Assembly: GCA_035281225.1 (NCBI GenBank)
Contig: DATEEI010000035.1
Span: 9,607 to 73,606, forward strand
Source: Vicinamibacterales bacterium
Lineage (GTDB): Bacteria > Acidobacteriota > Vicinamibacteria > Vicinamibacterales > JAMQPK01
Direction of reading: 5' to 3'
DNA: 64,000 bases
Below are positions 24,567 through 37,677 of this stretch, piece by piece. Every line of letters starts with the position of its first letter. The stretch's first letter is position 1. A program made the translations under genes and the position numbers. The notes beneath the pieces are model-generated. The model did not search any database. It was not told the origin of the DNA and worked only from the letters and a program-made list of their open reading frames with translations.

Positions 24567-26196
24567 GACATGCCTCCAGCTCCTTCCGCCCGTTACTCGT
24601 CAGGATCGGCCATGCGTCAGCGTCGAGGTCTGTCAGGTCGAGGTCACGCAGAATCTGAAATGCTTTACCGAGTCGAGGGACTGTCGCGGCGGGGGGCGGT
24701 ACTTCGACGACACGAAGTTCTTGTTCCAGTGGACGGATCCTGAACGTGTCGCGGCGCTCCCCTCGAAGCTTGCGAAGAGCCACGCTCAGGTGACGCTGAA
24801 TTCCCCAATGCACAGACAACCATCGAACCCATTGCTCGACCGTCATGTCCGCCCACGTGGATTGCCACGCCTGCTTGAACGAGAGCAGGTGGACTTCCCT
24901 GGGGTCGAAGTAGTCAGGCTCGAACTCGAACTCCGCGTACGGATTTTCGTCAAGGCCTCTAGCGAGCAACGACAGCAGGATCTGGATCCCTTCCTCGACC
25001 TGTACCTCAAGCGCAGTTTCGTCAGCGTGCGTCTCGAGAATCTTCCAACCGCGCTGGATCTCGTGACCGTCGTTCTGCCACGCGCTGATGTCAGGCAAGC
25101 CCGACGCAAGGTCCGAGACGACGTCCGCGAGACGGCGTTTACGAAACCGGCCAGACGAGGGGAGGAGATTTACGCAGATATCACCTGCCGCCGCGGCGGT
25201 CGGCAGTCTCCCCGAGTGGTCGCGCTCTATCGCGCGAAGAACGGCAGCAAACAGGGCTTGCAATGCGAGAGAGAGCAGTTCGTTCTGTTCGTAAATCGCC
25301 CAACCGCCTTGAACGCGGAGAAATGATGAGGGCACATCCCACGGCTTGCCGTCGGGAAGTGCCCTACTGTATGTCGCTGCGCGGAAGACACTCTCCAAGC
25401 TGTAGCCCTCAAGCCGACTACAGCGGTCGACGAGGTCCAAGGCCAATGCGAGGGTTACGCGGCGGTTCGTTGACTCCGCCGACTGGTACGCTTCCGATCT
25501 AACGAGAAAGAGATCGAGAAGCAGCGTGCGCTCCACCTGACGGTTGCGTAAGCTGCACGGACAGAACTCAGCGAGGCCATCAAGCTCGGACCAGCGGATC
25601 TTCGGCCTCTCCAGTAGCCGGAAGAACTCATCCTCAGGCATTCCCGTCGCAAATGCCTCGGCTAGGGCGCTACCCCGCACTTTGTCATAGCCCGGGATTG
25701 CTCCGTCTTTCTCGGACGTGTAATCGAGGACCCGAAGATCGCGTAACGCACCGAAGTAGTACTGACCCAGGCCTCCAGCTGGATTCTTGAAGTACCGACT
25801 GGAACCCTCTAAATCTGCATGGTCGTCCAGTCTGATCGCGTCGGAGTCTTCTGCGATTCTAAGCAGGCTCTGTCTGCCAACCATTCCAAGACCATGGCGT
25901 CCAGCGTCACGATCGTTCAGCACTCGAGCATGACGAATTGCTATCAGGGCGAACAAACACTCCGCCCGGCGCAGAACGCGACGGAACTCTTCGATGGAGT
26001 GGTCTCGATAACGTTGTTCAAACGACCGAATCAGCCAAGGATTAAAGCTGTAATACCGCGCGCGGTCGGTAACGTTAGTGATGCCCGGAACCAGCTGGGA
26101 GTACAAGGCGATGCACGGCGCCTGCACGCCGAGGTGATCAAGTCCCCTAATGGGCTTCGCGGGCTCTACCCAGCCGAGGTCGGTCGGTCGACTCAT
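24556..26196 (-). CDS. hypothetical protein (546 aa), operon component of unknown function
   Basis: Clean ATG start with balanced composition. The N-terminal motif GLDHLGVQAPCIALYSQLVPGITNVTDRARYYSFNPW is reminiscent of uncharacterised families linked to DNA-modification systems, but I cannot name one with confidence. The gene overlaps the PLD gene by 11 nt. Confidence 0.55.
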   Translation of the reverse strand: MSRPTDLGWVEPAKPIRGLDHLGVQAPCIALYSQLVPGITNVTDRARYYSFNPWLIRSFEQRYRDHSIEEFRRVLRRAECLFALIAIRHARVLNDRDAGRHGLGMVGRQSLLRIAEDSDAIRLDDHADLEGSSRYFKNPAGGLGQYYFGALRDLRVLDYTSEKDGAIPGYDKVRGSALAEAFATGMPEDEFFRLLERPKIRWSELDGLAEFCPCSLRNRQVERTLLLDLFLVRSEAYQSAESTNRRVTLALALDLVDRCSRLEGYSLESVFRAATYSRALPDGKPWDVPSSFLRVQGGWAIYEQNELLSLALQALFAAVLRAIERDHSGRLPTAAAAGDICVNLLPSSGRFRKRRLADVVSDLASGLPDISAWQNDGHEIQRGWKILETHADETALEVQVEEGIQILLSLLARGLDENPYAEFEFEPDYFDPREVHLLSFKQAWQSTWADMTVEQWVRWLSVHWGIQRHLSVALRKLRGERRDTFRIRPLEQELRVVEVPPPAATVPRLGKAFQILRDLDLTDLDADAWPILTSNGRKELEACRAS

Positions 26197-26214
26197 CGAA
26201 ATCGCACTCGAAAC

Positions 26215-29200
26215 TCAATCCTTCTCAAATCCTTGGCTCGTGAACTTCAACGTCCGCCCGTTCTCGGTCACGGTTCTGACAACCTGATCGGGAGCACCGT
26301 CGGGCATCTGCGCTTCGATCTCGAGCGTCACTTTGACGTTCGCACCTACCAGACCCGTGAGATGGGAGATAACCTCATCGGCCACCCGGCTGGCGTCACG
26401 TCCGACGCGCGTTGAGTCGAGAGCGACAGTCCCATGGAACCGCTTGGGTTTGGCAGCGGTCGGAGTGACGACTGCTGCGCCGCCCATGCCACCGGCCACA
26501 ACAGATGGGACAGCTCCTCCCGTTCCAGTTGAAGATGATCCGCCGATGGCAACAGCGGCGGCCGCAGCGTCCGCGTCCTGCTGTGTCTGTGCCCGCTCAG
26601 GCCGGACCAGTAGTCCGCTCAGATTCGACGCCGAGACGTTCACCTGCTGGCCACATCTGAGCCCACGATATCGCCCCGCTGCTTCGTCGAAGCTGTCGGC
26701 ATACGCGAAGGAGTCCTGCATCCACAGGAGTAGCCCAAGGCCCTCGCGGATGGCGTCCAACAAGACGGCGGTGTCGCGGAGGCGCGGCAAGTACGCGTAC
26801 CGTCCGAAGTCGTCGACCAGTTGCTTCAACTCGACGTGATCTCCGCGCCACAGCGGTACGCGATCGAGTTCCATTCTCAGACGGGTCGATGCGAAGCCGG
26901 TGACAAGCAGTTCGTCGCTACGCAGCTTCTTGCTGGCCCGTACGGCGAGGGCGTCCTGGCCGGAGAGTCGTATCGCTTGCCATTCGACCGCAGCTTGGGG
27001 CGAGCTTTGGACTGGAACCAACAGCCACTGATACGCCTCAGGAATCCGTGCCGTGACAGCGCCGTCGGCGCTCGCGCGCTGCGTCTCGGCCTGCTTCACC
27101 TGGTGCGGCGACAAGTCGAGCGTGTCTTTCTCGGTGAGGATCGACTCCCAGGCGAGATACCGTCGGACTGCTTCATCGAGATCCTGAAGTCGGGTCTTGT
27201 CGACGGCGAGGAACACAAGGGCGTTCCGATACAAGCGCGGAGAGTTGCCTCGTGACTCGAGAATCGTTTTGGCAGCTGCTTCGCCAGCGTTGCCCGGATC
27301 CTTGCTGTAAGGGTGGTCGATCCCAAGAACGACAAGCCGGGCGTCCGGATCGTCTGGCACGTCTTGGCCCGACTGCGGCAAGGGATGGATCCGACTGAAG
27401 TCCCCAGCCTTGCGGAGATCGACCCTCAAGCGTTTGTCGAGCTCCTGAGCAACGGCGTCCGGGTCACGTTTCAATTGCTCCGCGCGGTCTTCAGCAATCT
27501 TCGTGACTGTGGGCTGCGTGGAGTACCAGTAACGCGCGGCGTCCTGATACAAGTAGGTGGCTGCCGCACTTAAGCGTCTCAAGGCGTCCCCGAAGATGGC
27601 CGGCGACTCGCCGGGCATCACACATCCGAGCTTTATCTGGCGGTCCTCGATGCCGCGGTTCGCGGCTCCCGCCGTCGGGGCTGAGCCCAAATAGATCGTA
27701 CGGGCGACGCGGCGAGAGGCCGCGAACTTGCCTAGGTTCGGGACTTCTCCGTCGAGACGTAGCGGAAGCGCGCTTGGGCCGTCGACATCCTTCTCAATCA
27801 CGGGAACCCAGTTATCGGACAAGTAACGCGTCAGCTCAAACTGCACCCGCGGGTCGTCGATTGGAACATTGGCGGGCAGAATCAGCGGATTGCGGTCGCC
27901 CTTCTCCCACAAGCTGTGAATAACGGCCGCCATCAGCCGCAACACGCCGCGCGTTCGCTGAAATTTCACAAGTGTGGACCAGTCGTTGTACAGGCGATCG
28001 AAGACCTCCGGATGAATCGGATAGGCCGCCTTAATGCGCTTCTCATATTCCGGGTCGTGGCATTCAGGGGGGAACTCTTGGTGCTGCGTGCGATAAAGAT
28101 CGTAGAAAGCACGTGCGACAGTGTCACGGGCGACAAACTGCGGTTGTTCAACGATGGGCTCGAAAAGGCGTCGTCTAACGATTTCGAAACCCTCCTCGGC
28201 GCTGGCAGGACGCCACGATGCCTCTACACGACCGACGGCATTTCGAAGTCGATCGAGGGCGGCGCGACCGCGCTCTCCACCGACTTCGACGTCGCTTACA
28301 GGCGCATGGGGTGAACCAGTCGTATCCGAAGCGGGCAAGCTGATTACGAGCAGGCAGTTGCCCGCGAGTTTCGCCGACTCCGTAAGCGCCTGAGCAAACG
28401 TAAAGTGCGTTTCAAAACTGCCAGCCGGGAGGTCTCCCTGGTCGTGCAGCTGGCGGGCGTATGCCACCCATTCATCAACGAGTACGAGGCACGGTCCGTA
28501 CTCGTTGAACAACTCGCGCAGCACGTCTCCCGGACTCGTCGCCTTCTCGTCGTCGGCCTTCACGCGCGCGAATGCCCTTTTGCCCCCCAGCTGCCAAGCC
28601 AGTTCACCCCACAATGTCCGGACGACGGTGCCGTCCGACTTCGTGCTCGGATTTCCAGGGGAGATCTTGTTGCCCACTAAAACGACACGCTTTACTGTCG
28701 GCAACTTGCTAACGCCAGCTTCAGCCAGGATCGCATCGATGCCGAGCAGTTCGCTGGGCGCGGCACCGCCAAACAGGTGATACAGCGCAAGCATCGAGTG
28801 CGTCTTGCCGCCACCAAAGTTGGTCTGAAGTTGGACGACCGGATCGCCCTGCTGGCCAGAGAGACGCTGGACAGCGCCTACGAGCAACTGCTTCAAACTG
28901 TGGGTCAGGTAAGTGCGACGGAAGAACTCGACCGGCTTCCTGTATTCGTCGCTCCCTTCGCCGATATGGACCTGCCACAGATCAGCGGCGAACTCGGCCT
29001 GCTGGTACCTGCCGGTCGCAACGTCCTTGTGAGGTGTAACGACTTCTCGCCATGGCTTCAGCGTCCCGGTCGCTTGACTTTCGATCGCGGTGCCGGCGGT
29101 ACGGCGTTTCTCCGTTCGCATCTGTTCGTCGAAGCGAAGGCGGAGCAGCTCCATCTTCATCTTGTCGAGCTCGTCTGCCTGTGGCGCGGACACCGCGAGC

Positions 29201-29562
29201 AACAGTCTGTGCGACGAATCGAGCGCCCGATACGCGTCGTCGCTCGAAAACGGGTTCTGATGCGCCCAGCGGTTGCGCACGTCGCGAAGTTCACTGACAA
29301 GCGTCCTCTCGGCCTGCCCTAGAGTCTTCCGGAACACGAGCTGCCACTGGTTCCACATCACGGCCAAGAGCGATGCGGCGTCCCACTGCGGTTCGCCAGC
29401 CTTCTTGAACAAATGGGACTGCGACTCGCTAACGGCGCCGCGAGCTTCTTCGATCCACAGCTGCGCGTGCTGGGACTTCATCTCGCGTTCGACGAACGGC
29501 TGGAGTCCCTCCTTAACGAGGTCAAGAGCTTTGCCGACACGCTCGTGATTGCTGATGGCCAT
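26215..29562 (-). CDS. Swt1-like HEPN domain fused to a DUF499 P-loop ATPase
   Basis: The N-terminal HEPN reads ERVGKALDLVKEGLQPFVEREM ... ELRDVRNRWAHQNPFSSDDAYRALDS (R-x4-H). Walker A reads TNFGGGKTHSMLALYHLF and Walker B-like reads CLVLVDEWVAY. The length and layout are typical of DUF499. Confidence 0.85.
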   Translation of the reverse strand: MAISNHERVGKALDLVKEGLQPFVEREMKSQHAQLWIEEARGAVSESQSHLFKKAGEPQWDAASLLAVMWNQWQLVFRKTLGQAERTLVSELRDVRNRWAHQNPFSSDDAYRALDSSHRLLLAVSAPQADELDKMKMELLRLRFDEQMRTEKRRTAGTAIESQATGTLKPWREVVTPHKDVATGRYQQAEFAADLWQVHIGEGSDEYRKPVEFFRRTYLTHSLKQLLVGAVQRLSGQQGDPVVQLQTNFGGGKTHSMLALYHLFGGAAPSELLGIDAILAEAGVSKLPTVKRVVLVGNKISPGNPSTKSDGTVVRTLWGELAWQLGGKRAFARVKADDEKATSPGDVLRELFNEYGPCLVLVDEWVAYARQLHDQGDLPAGSFETHFTFAQALTESAKLAGNCLLVISLPASDTTGSPHAPVSDVEVGGERGRAALDRLRNAVGRVEASWRPASAEEGFEIVRRRLFEPIVEQPQFVARDTVARAFYDLYRTQHQEFPPECHDPEYEKRIKAAYPIHPEVFDRLYNDWSTLVKFQRTRGVLRLMAAVIHSLWEKGDRNPLILPANVPIDDPRVQFELTRYLSDNWVPVIEKDVDGPSALPLRLDGEVPNLGKFAASRRVARTIYLGSAPTAGAANRGIEDRQIKLGCVMPGESPAIFGDALRRLSAAATYLYQDAARYWYSTQPTVTKIAEDRAEQLKRDPDAVAQELDKRLRVDLRKAGDFSRIHPLPQSGQDVPDDPDARLVVLGIDHPYSKDPGNAGEAAAKTILESRGNSPRLYRNALVFLAVDKTRLQDLDEAVRRYLAWESILTEKDTLDLSPHQVKQAETQRASADGAVTARIPEAYQWLLVPVQSSPQAAVEWQAIRLSGQDALAVRASKKLRSDELLVTGFASTRLRMELDRVPLWRGDHVELKQLVDDFGRYAYLPRLRDTAVLLDAIREGLGLLLWMQDSFAYADSFDEAAGRYRGLRCGQQVNVSASNLSGLLVRPERAQTQQDADAAAAAVAIGGSSSTGTGGAVPSVVAGGMGGAAVVTPTAAKPKRFHGTVALDSTRVGRDASRVADEVISHLTGLVGANVKVTLEIEAQMPDGAPDQVVRTVTENGRTLKFTSQGFEKD

Positions 29563-29565
29563 TAG

Positions 29566-32460
<2,895 letters not shown>

Positions 32461-32521
32461 GATCAATGAGCCGGGCGTCCGTTCCGTCGAAGCAGCTTGT
32501 GGCTTACTGTCGACTCTGGCG

Positions 32522-33517
32522 CTAGGATTCCTTGTCCTTCCTGACCTTCATTCGCTCGCGACCCATCTGCTCGATCAAACCGGCCGCCTTCAAAACGCAG
32601 TCGAGGCTGATAGCCGGCGTCTCTGGGTTGCCTTTGACGTATCCGGACAGGTACTCGTCGGACGGATTGTCGATGCCGAGCCTGCTGCAGACGAGAAACG
32701 CCACTGATTCCGCTTCGAATTCCCGAACAGCCACAGGGAGCCCCCGACGGTCCGGCCACCAATGCTCGTTCGGCGTTCCCAGATGTCCACAGTACAAATG
32801 GGCGAGCTCGTGAACCAGCGTGACGTACTTGGCCTCTGGAGAGTGTTTGGCGTTCAAGAGGAGTTCGTACCTCACGGCGAAATCACGATACACGGGCTCC
32901 GGACGCGACTTTATCAAGAACTTGACCGACGCCCCGGGTTTCGCGATGCCGATCTGCCCGGCGCTCTGCGAGCCGGCATCTCGCTCCACGACACGAACGC
33001 CGTCCCGTTTCGCATTCTCTACGGACCGTCCGAGTTCATTGCCCACTCGTCCACCTCGGACCTCGAAAGGCTTTTCGACATCTCTCGGCAGAGGCTTTGC
33101 GTCGGGAAGCGGCTCGGTGTCGCTGACATCGAATGCGAACATCACGGGTCCCATCGGTTGGAGGAGGACGACGGGGCGCGCTCCCGGCTTGATTCGACGT
33201 CCGTAGTCGCGCGTCCATCGATACGGTGGCGCGACGAACGTGGCACCAGGCATCTGAATGTGCGCAAGCATCGCGTTGAACGGCGAGTAGAGCCGAAACC
33301 GGGCGATGAAGCGCATCAAACCATTGAACGATTCGCTACTCGTGTACTGGCGAGCGAACTGAAACAGTTCGTCGAGCGATCGCTGCGCGCTGTTTCGATC
33401 CCACTCCGCCGCCCCCGCCTCAATGGAGTCCGCCTCCTCGAACAGCGACTCCTGAGCTACGTGATTACCAATCGTCGAGTCTGGCCCGCGGCCGGGTACC
33501 TTGGGGCTAGGGGTCAT
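32522..33517 (-). CDS. putative zinc metallopeptidase-like protein (HExxH)
   Basis: The motif [17 protein letters not shown] is HExxH-type. The N-terminal half, [39 protein letters not shown], vaguely recalls ArdC-like N-domains. Its ATG overlaps the upstream stop (ATGA). Confidence 0.5.
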   Translation of the reverse strand: MTPSPKVPGRGPDSTIGNHVAQESLFEEADSIEAGAAEWDRNSAQRSLDELFQFARQYTSSESFNGLMRFIARFRLYSPFNAMLAHIQMPGATFVAPPYRWTRDYGRRIKPGARPVVLLQPMGPVMFAFDVSDTEPLPDAKPLPRDVEKPFEVRGGRVGNELGRSVENAKRDGVRVVERDAGSQSAGQIGIAKPGASVKFLIKSRPEPVYRDFAVRYELLLNAKHSPEAKYVTLVHELAHLYCGHLGTPNEHWWPDRRGLPVAVREFEAESVAFLVCSRLGIDNPSDEYLSGYVKGNPETPAISLDCVLKAAGLIEQMGRERMKVRKDKES

Positions 33518-36500
33518 GCTTGAACACCGACGACGAGTCGATAGGCGGCCGGATAGATCTTTAGCTGTCCCTGGGCAACCATCGCCCGCAACGATGCCCC
33601 TGGTACCTCGATCGGATCACCGAAAGGGGAAGCCAACACCAATGAGTACCGGTCAGGAAACTTGTCGATGAGCCCCCAGAGGTCTGCACCCAACTGGAGT
33701 GGCTCCTGGTCCAAGCAGTGCTCCTTTCCCCAGTACGCACGCACTAGCTCGCCACCCGCAGTGCGTCTCTCCCACGGGAACGGCGCACCACTGATCCGGG
33801 CGATCCAAGCACCGTCAGGGTGGTAGAAGCGATCATCGCCGTCTTTCAGGAACCCCAGCGACCGAGCGAATCGGTCAATGATTGAAGGCTTCTGGGCTGG
33901 ATGATGCCGGTGACGAGCCGGCGCTTCTTGTGATGTTGCGACACTGTCAGCCTCAGCATCCACGCTGCCACTTGCCGCTGATTCCTCGGCCGCGACCTCC
34001 AACGTCGATGGCTCGGTCTCGGTGCTATCCGTCACCCGCGGGCTTATGTTGGCAGCCGGCTCCGTGGCTGCGGCTTGGGAACCGTCCGAGGTGACGACCG
34101 TTCTAGGAACCAGATTGAAGTTCTCTTCCATGTAGTCGGTTACGAAGTCCGGTGGACGGTCGAAGCACAACTTGATCGCATCCGCTATGTCCTGGCGACG
34201 AAACGTGCGTCCTAACTCCTGGGATACAACACGAGCGAGCCGCGCGGCCGGACGGCGCACAACATGGAGCGTCCGATCGGCCCACACTGCGTCGGCTCTC
34301 CGAGGTGTCCCGGCCGGCGTGCCGCCAATGTACGGAACCAACTCCAGTTCCGGTCCCTCCACCCACACAGTCTGCTCGAGCCGCTCCGCCAACGTTGCGA
34401 TCCACGCAACCTCGGCGCCGTCATCCAGCTGTACCCGACGCAGTTCCACTCCCAATTGCGTAAGCCAAGTCTTCCGCTCTGGCGTACCAACCACCAGCAA
34501 AGCCATGTTGAGCCGTTCTTCGATGCTTTCGGCGAGCCGCGGAATCGCGGCGAACGGCGGGCCGTCGGCGATCTCAGTCGAGACGCGCTGCAGGTCCGCC
34601 GTGGCTTGCTTGACCCACTCATGAAGGTGGCTCCAAGGCACGAGCGACTGCATCGTAAGCGCGTATGAAAGGTCGGCCACTGGGGCCCATTGTGCAGCCA
34701 GGTTAAGCCAATGCCCTGTCTCGCTCCAGACGCGCCCCGGATGTCGCGCGAGCAATGCCCGCACTCGTCGAAGGTCGTCCTGAGATAACGATTGCTCTGA
34801 CGTCAGTTCGGACAACCACCTCAACGCGAGGTCGGCACTCGGGCGATCAGCCACACCGACCTTATGCCAGAGAGCAAGATCCTGCACCGAAGCGCGGACG
34901 ATCGCAGCACCTGGGACGTCCTCCTCATCAGCGTTCAAGAACACGCCACCCGCTGTTGCCCATGCGCCGCCGTCCGTGAAGATCAGTTTCTCGGTGCCGA
35001 ATACGTTCCGAATCTTCGCGGCTTCGGTCGTCGATGCGGTGTCAAGCATCTGGTCCAGCCGCCGATACCACTTCTCGACTTCTGCGACCGGTGGCTTGTC
35101 GACAGCCGCCAACGCGCGAAGACAGTTGATGAGACGGTCAGGCGTGGTGGGCGTGTCGCGAACGCCCAGTAAGGTAAGGAGCGGGCGCGCTGCTTCCACG
35201 TCGAGAACCGCATGAACAAAGAACTCGACGTCGAGAAAAGGCTCTGTCTGTGGCGTTCGGCGAAGGAGATCGCCGGGCTTGCGGGGCGTTCCCCGTGTGT
35301 CGCGCAGACACGGCAACTCTCTGAACCTCAGAATCCACGACGGAATGATCGGGTCATAGGTCGCGGGCTTGGTGTTCCCTGTTGTGGCGGTCTGAAGCGC
35401 GCGCGCCGTCCTTGCCTTCGTCGTATAGGTATCCGGCTGCGAGAGAATCCGCTCGACGAGGTGGCCCCACAGCGCCGAGTCCTGATGCGCGAGCGTCGCC
35501 CAGTGTTTCCACAACAACTCGTCGAAGTCCCAGTCATCGAGGCTGAAAGACGACGTGACGTACGGTGGTGAAACCGTACCAGCGAACGCGCGACGCAGAA
35601 GCTCGTCATCAAGCTGTCGACGGCTCCAAAAGTTCTGGCTCTTTGGCCGAAGTGGCGGCAATGTTGAGAGCGCGGCCCGACCTGAAGTGATCCACTTCGT
35701 CCATTCATCCGAGGTGCACGAGGCGAATTTCGCGTAGTCCTGGTGCAGGCAATGACTGGCGCACCAGGCCTCAGGAAGAATCGCTTCCAATGTGCCGTCG
35801 ACGTCGAACAGCACATCTTGGTCGATCCCTCGGAGCTTCAGATCCCGAGTCGCAAACCGAAAGCTTTTATTCGCGGCGGCTCCAAGCTTGGCAGCTATCT
35901 GTGCGAACTGAACGCAGCCCGCAAGCGGTATGCTCTCGCTCGCAAAGAAGTCGGCGGCGACGCGATCGAGAACGTAGCTGGCGTCGCTGGAGTCTACGAG
36001 ACCAAGCGACGAGAGGACCGCATATGCAGCTTCGACGTCAGTGCGGTTTGATCCTTGATCCTCCGCCAGCCGACGCTGTTCTGCGAGAAAACGCGTCCAG
36101 TTCTGGTTTAGGACAAGAAGGTGCGCCGCAAGAAACTCCCAATCGGCCTCCGATTGCAGAAGCCGCTTCTCGCCAAGTCGCACGACTTCAGTGGCGCTGT
36201 ACAAGACATCCTGGCCCTGAACCGGAGCAATCCGAATGTGCTGTTTCGTAGCGTAGTACTGGTAGTGCGTGAGCTCCGGCGCCAAGTACGCCCACAGATT
36301 AAGCAGGTGTCGCCACGATTCAGGCTTGGGTACGTGTGTTGTCCGAAGGACTTCCAGCAGCTTGGCCTTTGAGATGGCCTCGATGACGTTCCAGCGACTG
36401 AGCTTCTGCTGATCGGCTGCCGCGATCTGCCGCGAAAGGGCGGGACGGGCCGCAGCGTCCAAGATCGCCGCGGCTTGGGCCTCGGGCCACACATCCAGCA

Positions 36501-37677
36501 CGGCCGCGGGAATGAGAACGGCGCCGCCAGCCGGCTGGAGGTCGCCGGATTCAGTCAGCAGGAACGCGGTTCCGGTAATGGCAGCGTCGAATGCCTCCTC
36601 AACGGTTGCTCCACACGACCCCTCCAGTGACGTGTCTTCGCGGTCGACGTCCGGAAAGACTGAGTACGCCTCTGCGCGGGCGGCGACGGAGCCCGTCGAA
36701 GGCTTCAGCCATTCCAACATCACTGCCGCCGCCAAGCGACCTACACGTTCGAGCAACCATTGATTCGTCGGCGATGTCTCGGGATCCTTGATCTTGAGAC
36801 GCGCCGGATCTTGAATGAAAGGCGCATTGCAGGCGAACGGCAGCGGCGTTTCCACGCCCGTTGGCAGGACAACATACAGCTGTCCCTTGACACCAACCAC
36901 GATCTCGACCTTGCAGGGAGGGAACTCGGTCTCGTGGTCGACGCTGAGCAGGCGTTCCTGACGGATCTCGTTGAGCGCTTCAGCGGGGAATGCCTCTGCC
37001 TCTGACGTGGCGACGAGGTACGACTCGTCGGGATCGTCGTGAAGAGCCATCCATTCGCTATCGCGAACCGGTCCGGGACCGAGACTGCCCCAGTGGACCT
37101 CGTCTTCCCCGATTCGCATTCGACGAATGTGCTTGAAGAACAGCAGCGACAGTGGGCTCTTGAGCCAATCATGCAAGTTCTTCTCGACTTCACGACGCAC
37201 GTGATCGCTCGTGAGGGCGACGCGTATCGTTGTCTGCTGCCCGGCCGCCAGCTCGACGGCGAGCCAGCGCGGTTCAGTGAATCTGGTTCGGTCGAAGGCG
37301 ACCGACAGAGTCGGTGTGTGCAGTTCAACGACATCACCGAGACTGAAGGTGCTCTTGAAGCCAATGCCGCGAAAACCGATCGTGTGGAGTGCTCGCTTGT
37401 TTGAGTACCCGAAGCGGCACAGCGACGCGAAATGTTCTTCTGTGAAATCCTCCCCGTTGTGCGTGAACACGAAGTACCCGCCGTCGATGCGGACACCGGT
37501 CTCGGTCGCGCCGGCGTCGTCGGCGTTCTGCAGCAGCTCGGACAGAACGTGTCGCGGGCTTTGGACCTGCTTGAACAGCTGATGCCAGGGAGCCGCGAGC
37601 TCGGGATCGGATTCCAGTTGGTCCCATCGGCTACGCGACCGCCTTCGGATTTCGTCGAAGTAGGCCGGGCAGTTCAT
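33514..37677 (-). CDS. giant GHKL/sacsin-like ATPase domain protein (1387 aa)
   Basis: The N-terminus reads PRHVLSELLQNADDAGATETGVRIDGGYFVFTHNGEDFTEEHFASLCRFGYSNK ... GFRGIGFKSTF, a sacsin/HATPase_c_3-type Bergerat fold. The rest is unrecognised. Its ATG shares 1 nt with the helicase stop (TAATG). Confidence 0.7.
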   Translation of the reverse strand: MNCPAYFDEIRRRSRSRWDQLESDPELAAPWHQLFKQVQSPRHVLSELLQNADDAGATETGVRIDGGYFVFTHNGEDFTEEHFASLCRFGYSNKRALHTIGFRGIGFKSTFSLGDVVELHTPTLSVAFDRTRFTEPRWLAVELAAGQQTTIRVALTSDHVRREVEKNLHDWLKSPLSLLFFKHIRRMRIGEDEVHWGSLGPGPVRDSEWMALHDDPDESYLVATSEAEAFPAEALNEIRQERLLSVDHETEFPPCKVEIVVGVKGQLYVVLPTGVETPLPFACNAPFIQDPARLKIKDPETSPTNQWLLERVGRLAAAVMLEWLKPSTGSVAARAEAYSVFPDVDREDTSLEGSCGATVEEAFDAAITGTAFLLTESGDLQPAGGAVLIPAAVLDVWPEAQAAAILDAAARPALSRQIAAADQQKLSRWNVIEAISKAKLLEVLRTTHVPKPESWRHLLNLWAYLAPELTHYQYYATKQHIRIAPVQGQDVLYSATEVVRLGEKRLLQSEADWEFLAAHLLVLNQNWTRFLAEQRRLAEDQGSNRTDVEAAYAVLSSLGLVDSSDASYVLDRVAADFFASESIPLAGCVQFAQIAAKLGAAANKSFRFATRDLKLRGIDQDVLFDVDGTLEAILPEAWCASHCLHQDYAKFASCTSDEWTKWITSGRAALSTLPPLRPKSQNFWSRRQLDDELLRRAFAGTVSPPYVTSSFSLDDWDFDELLWKHWATLAHQDSALWGHLVERILSQPDTYTTKARTARALQTATTGNTKPATYDPIIPSWILRFRELPCLRDTRGTPRKPGDLLRRTPQTEPFLDVEFFVHAVLDVEAARPLLTLLGVRDTPTTPDRLINCLRALAAVDKPPVAEVEKWYRRLDQMLDTASTTEAAKIRNVFGTEKLIFTDGGAWATAGGVFLNADEEDVPGAAIVRASVQDLALWHKVGVADRPSADLALRWLSELTSEQSLSQDDLRRVRALLARHPGRVWSETGHWLNLAAQWAPVADLSYALTMQSLVPWSHLHEWVKQATADLQRVSTEIADGPPFAAIPRLAESIEERLNMALLVVGTPERKTWLTQLGVELRRVQLDDGAEVAWIATLAERLEQTVWVEGPELELVPYIGGTPAGTPRRADAVWADRTLHVVRRPAARLARVVSQELGRTFRRQDIADAIKLCFDRPPDFVTDYMEENFNLVPRTVVTSDGSQAAATEPAANISPRVTDSTETEPSTLEVAAEESAASGSVDAEADSVATSQEAPARHRHHPAQKPSIIDRFARSLGFLKDGDDRFYHPDGAWIARISGAPFPWERRTAGGELVRAYWGKEHCLDQEPLQLGADLWGLIDKFPDRYSLVLASPFGDPIEVPGASLRAMVAQGQLKIYPAAYRLVVGVQA

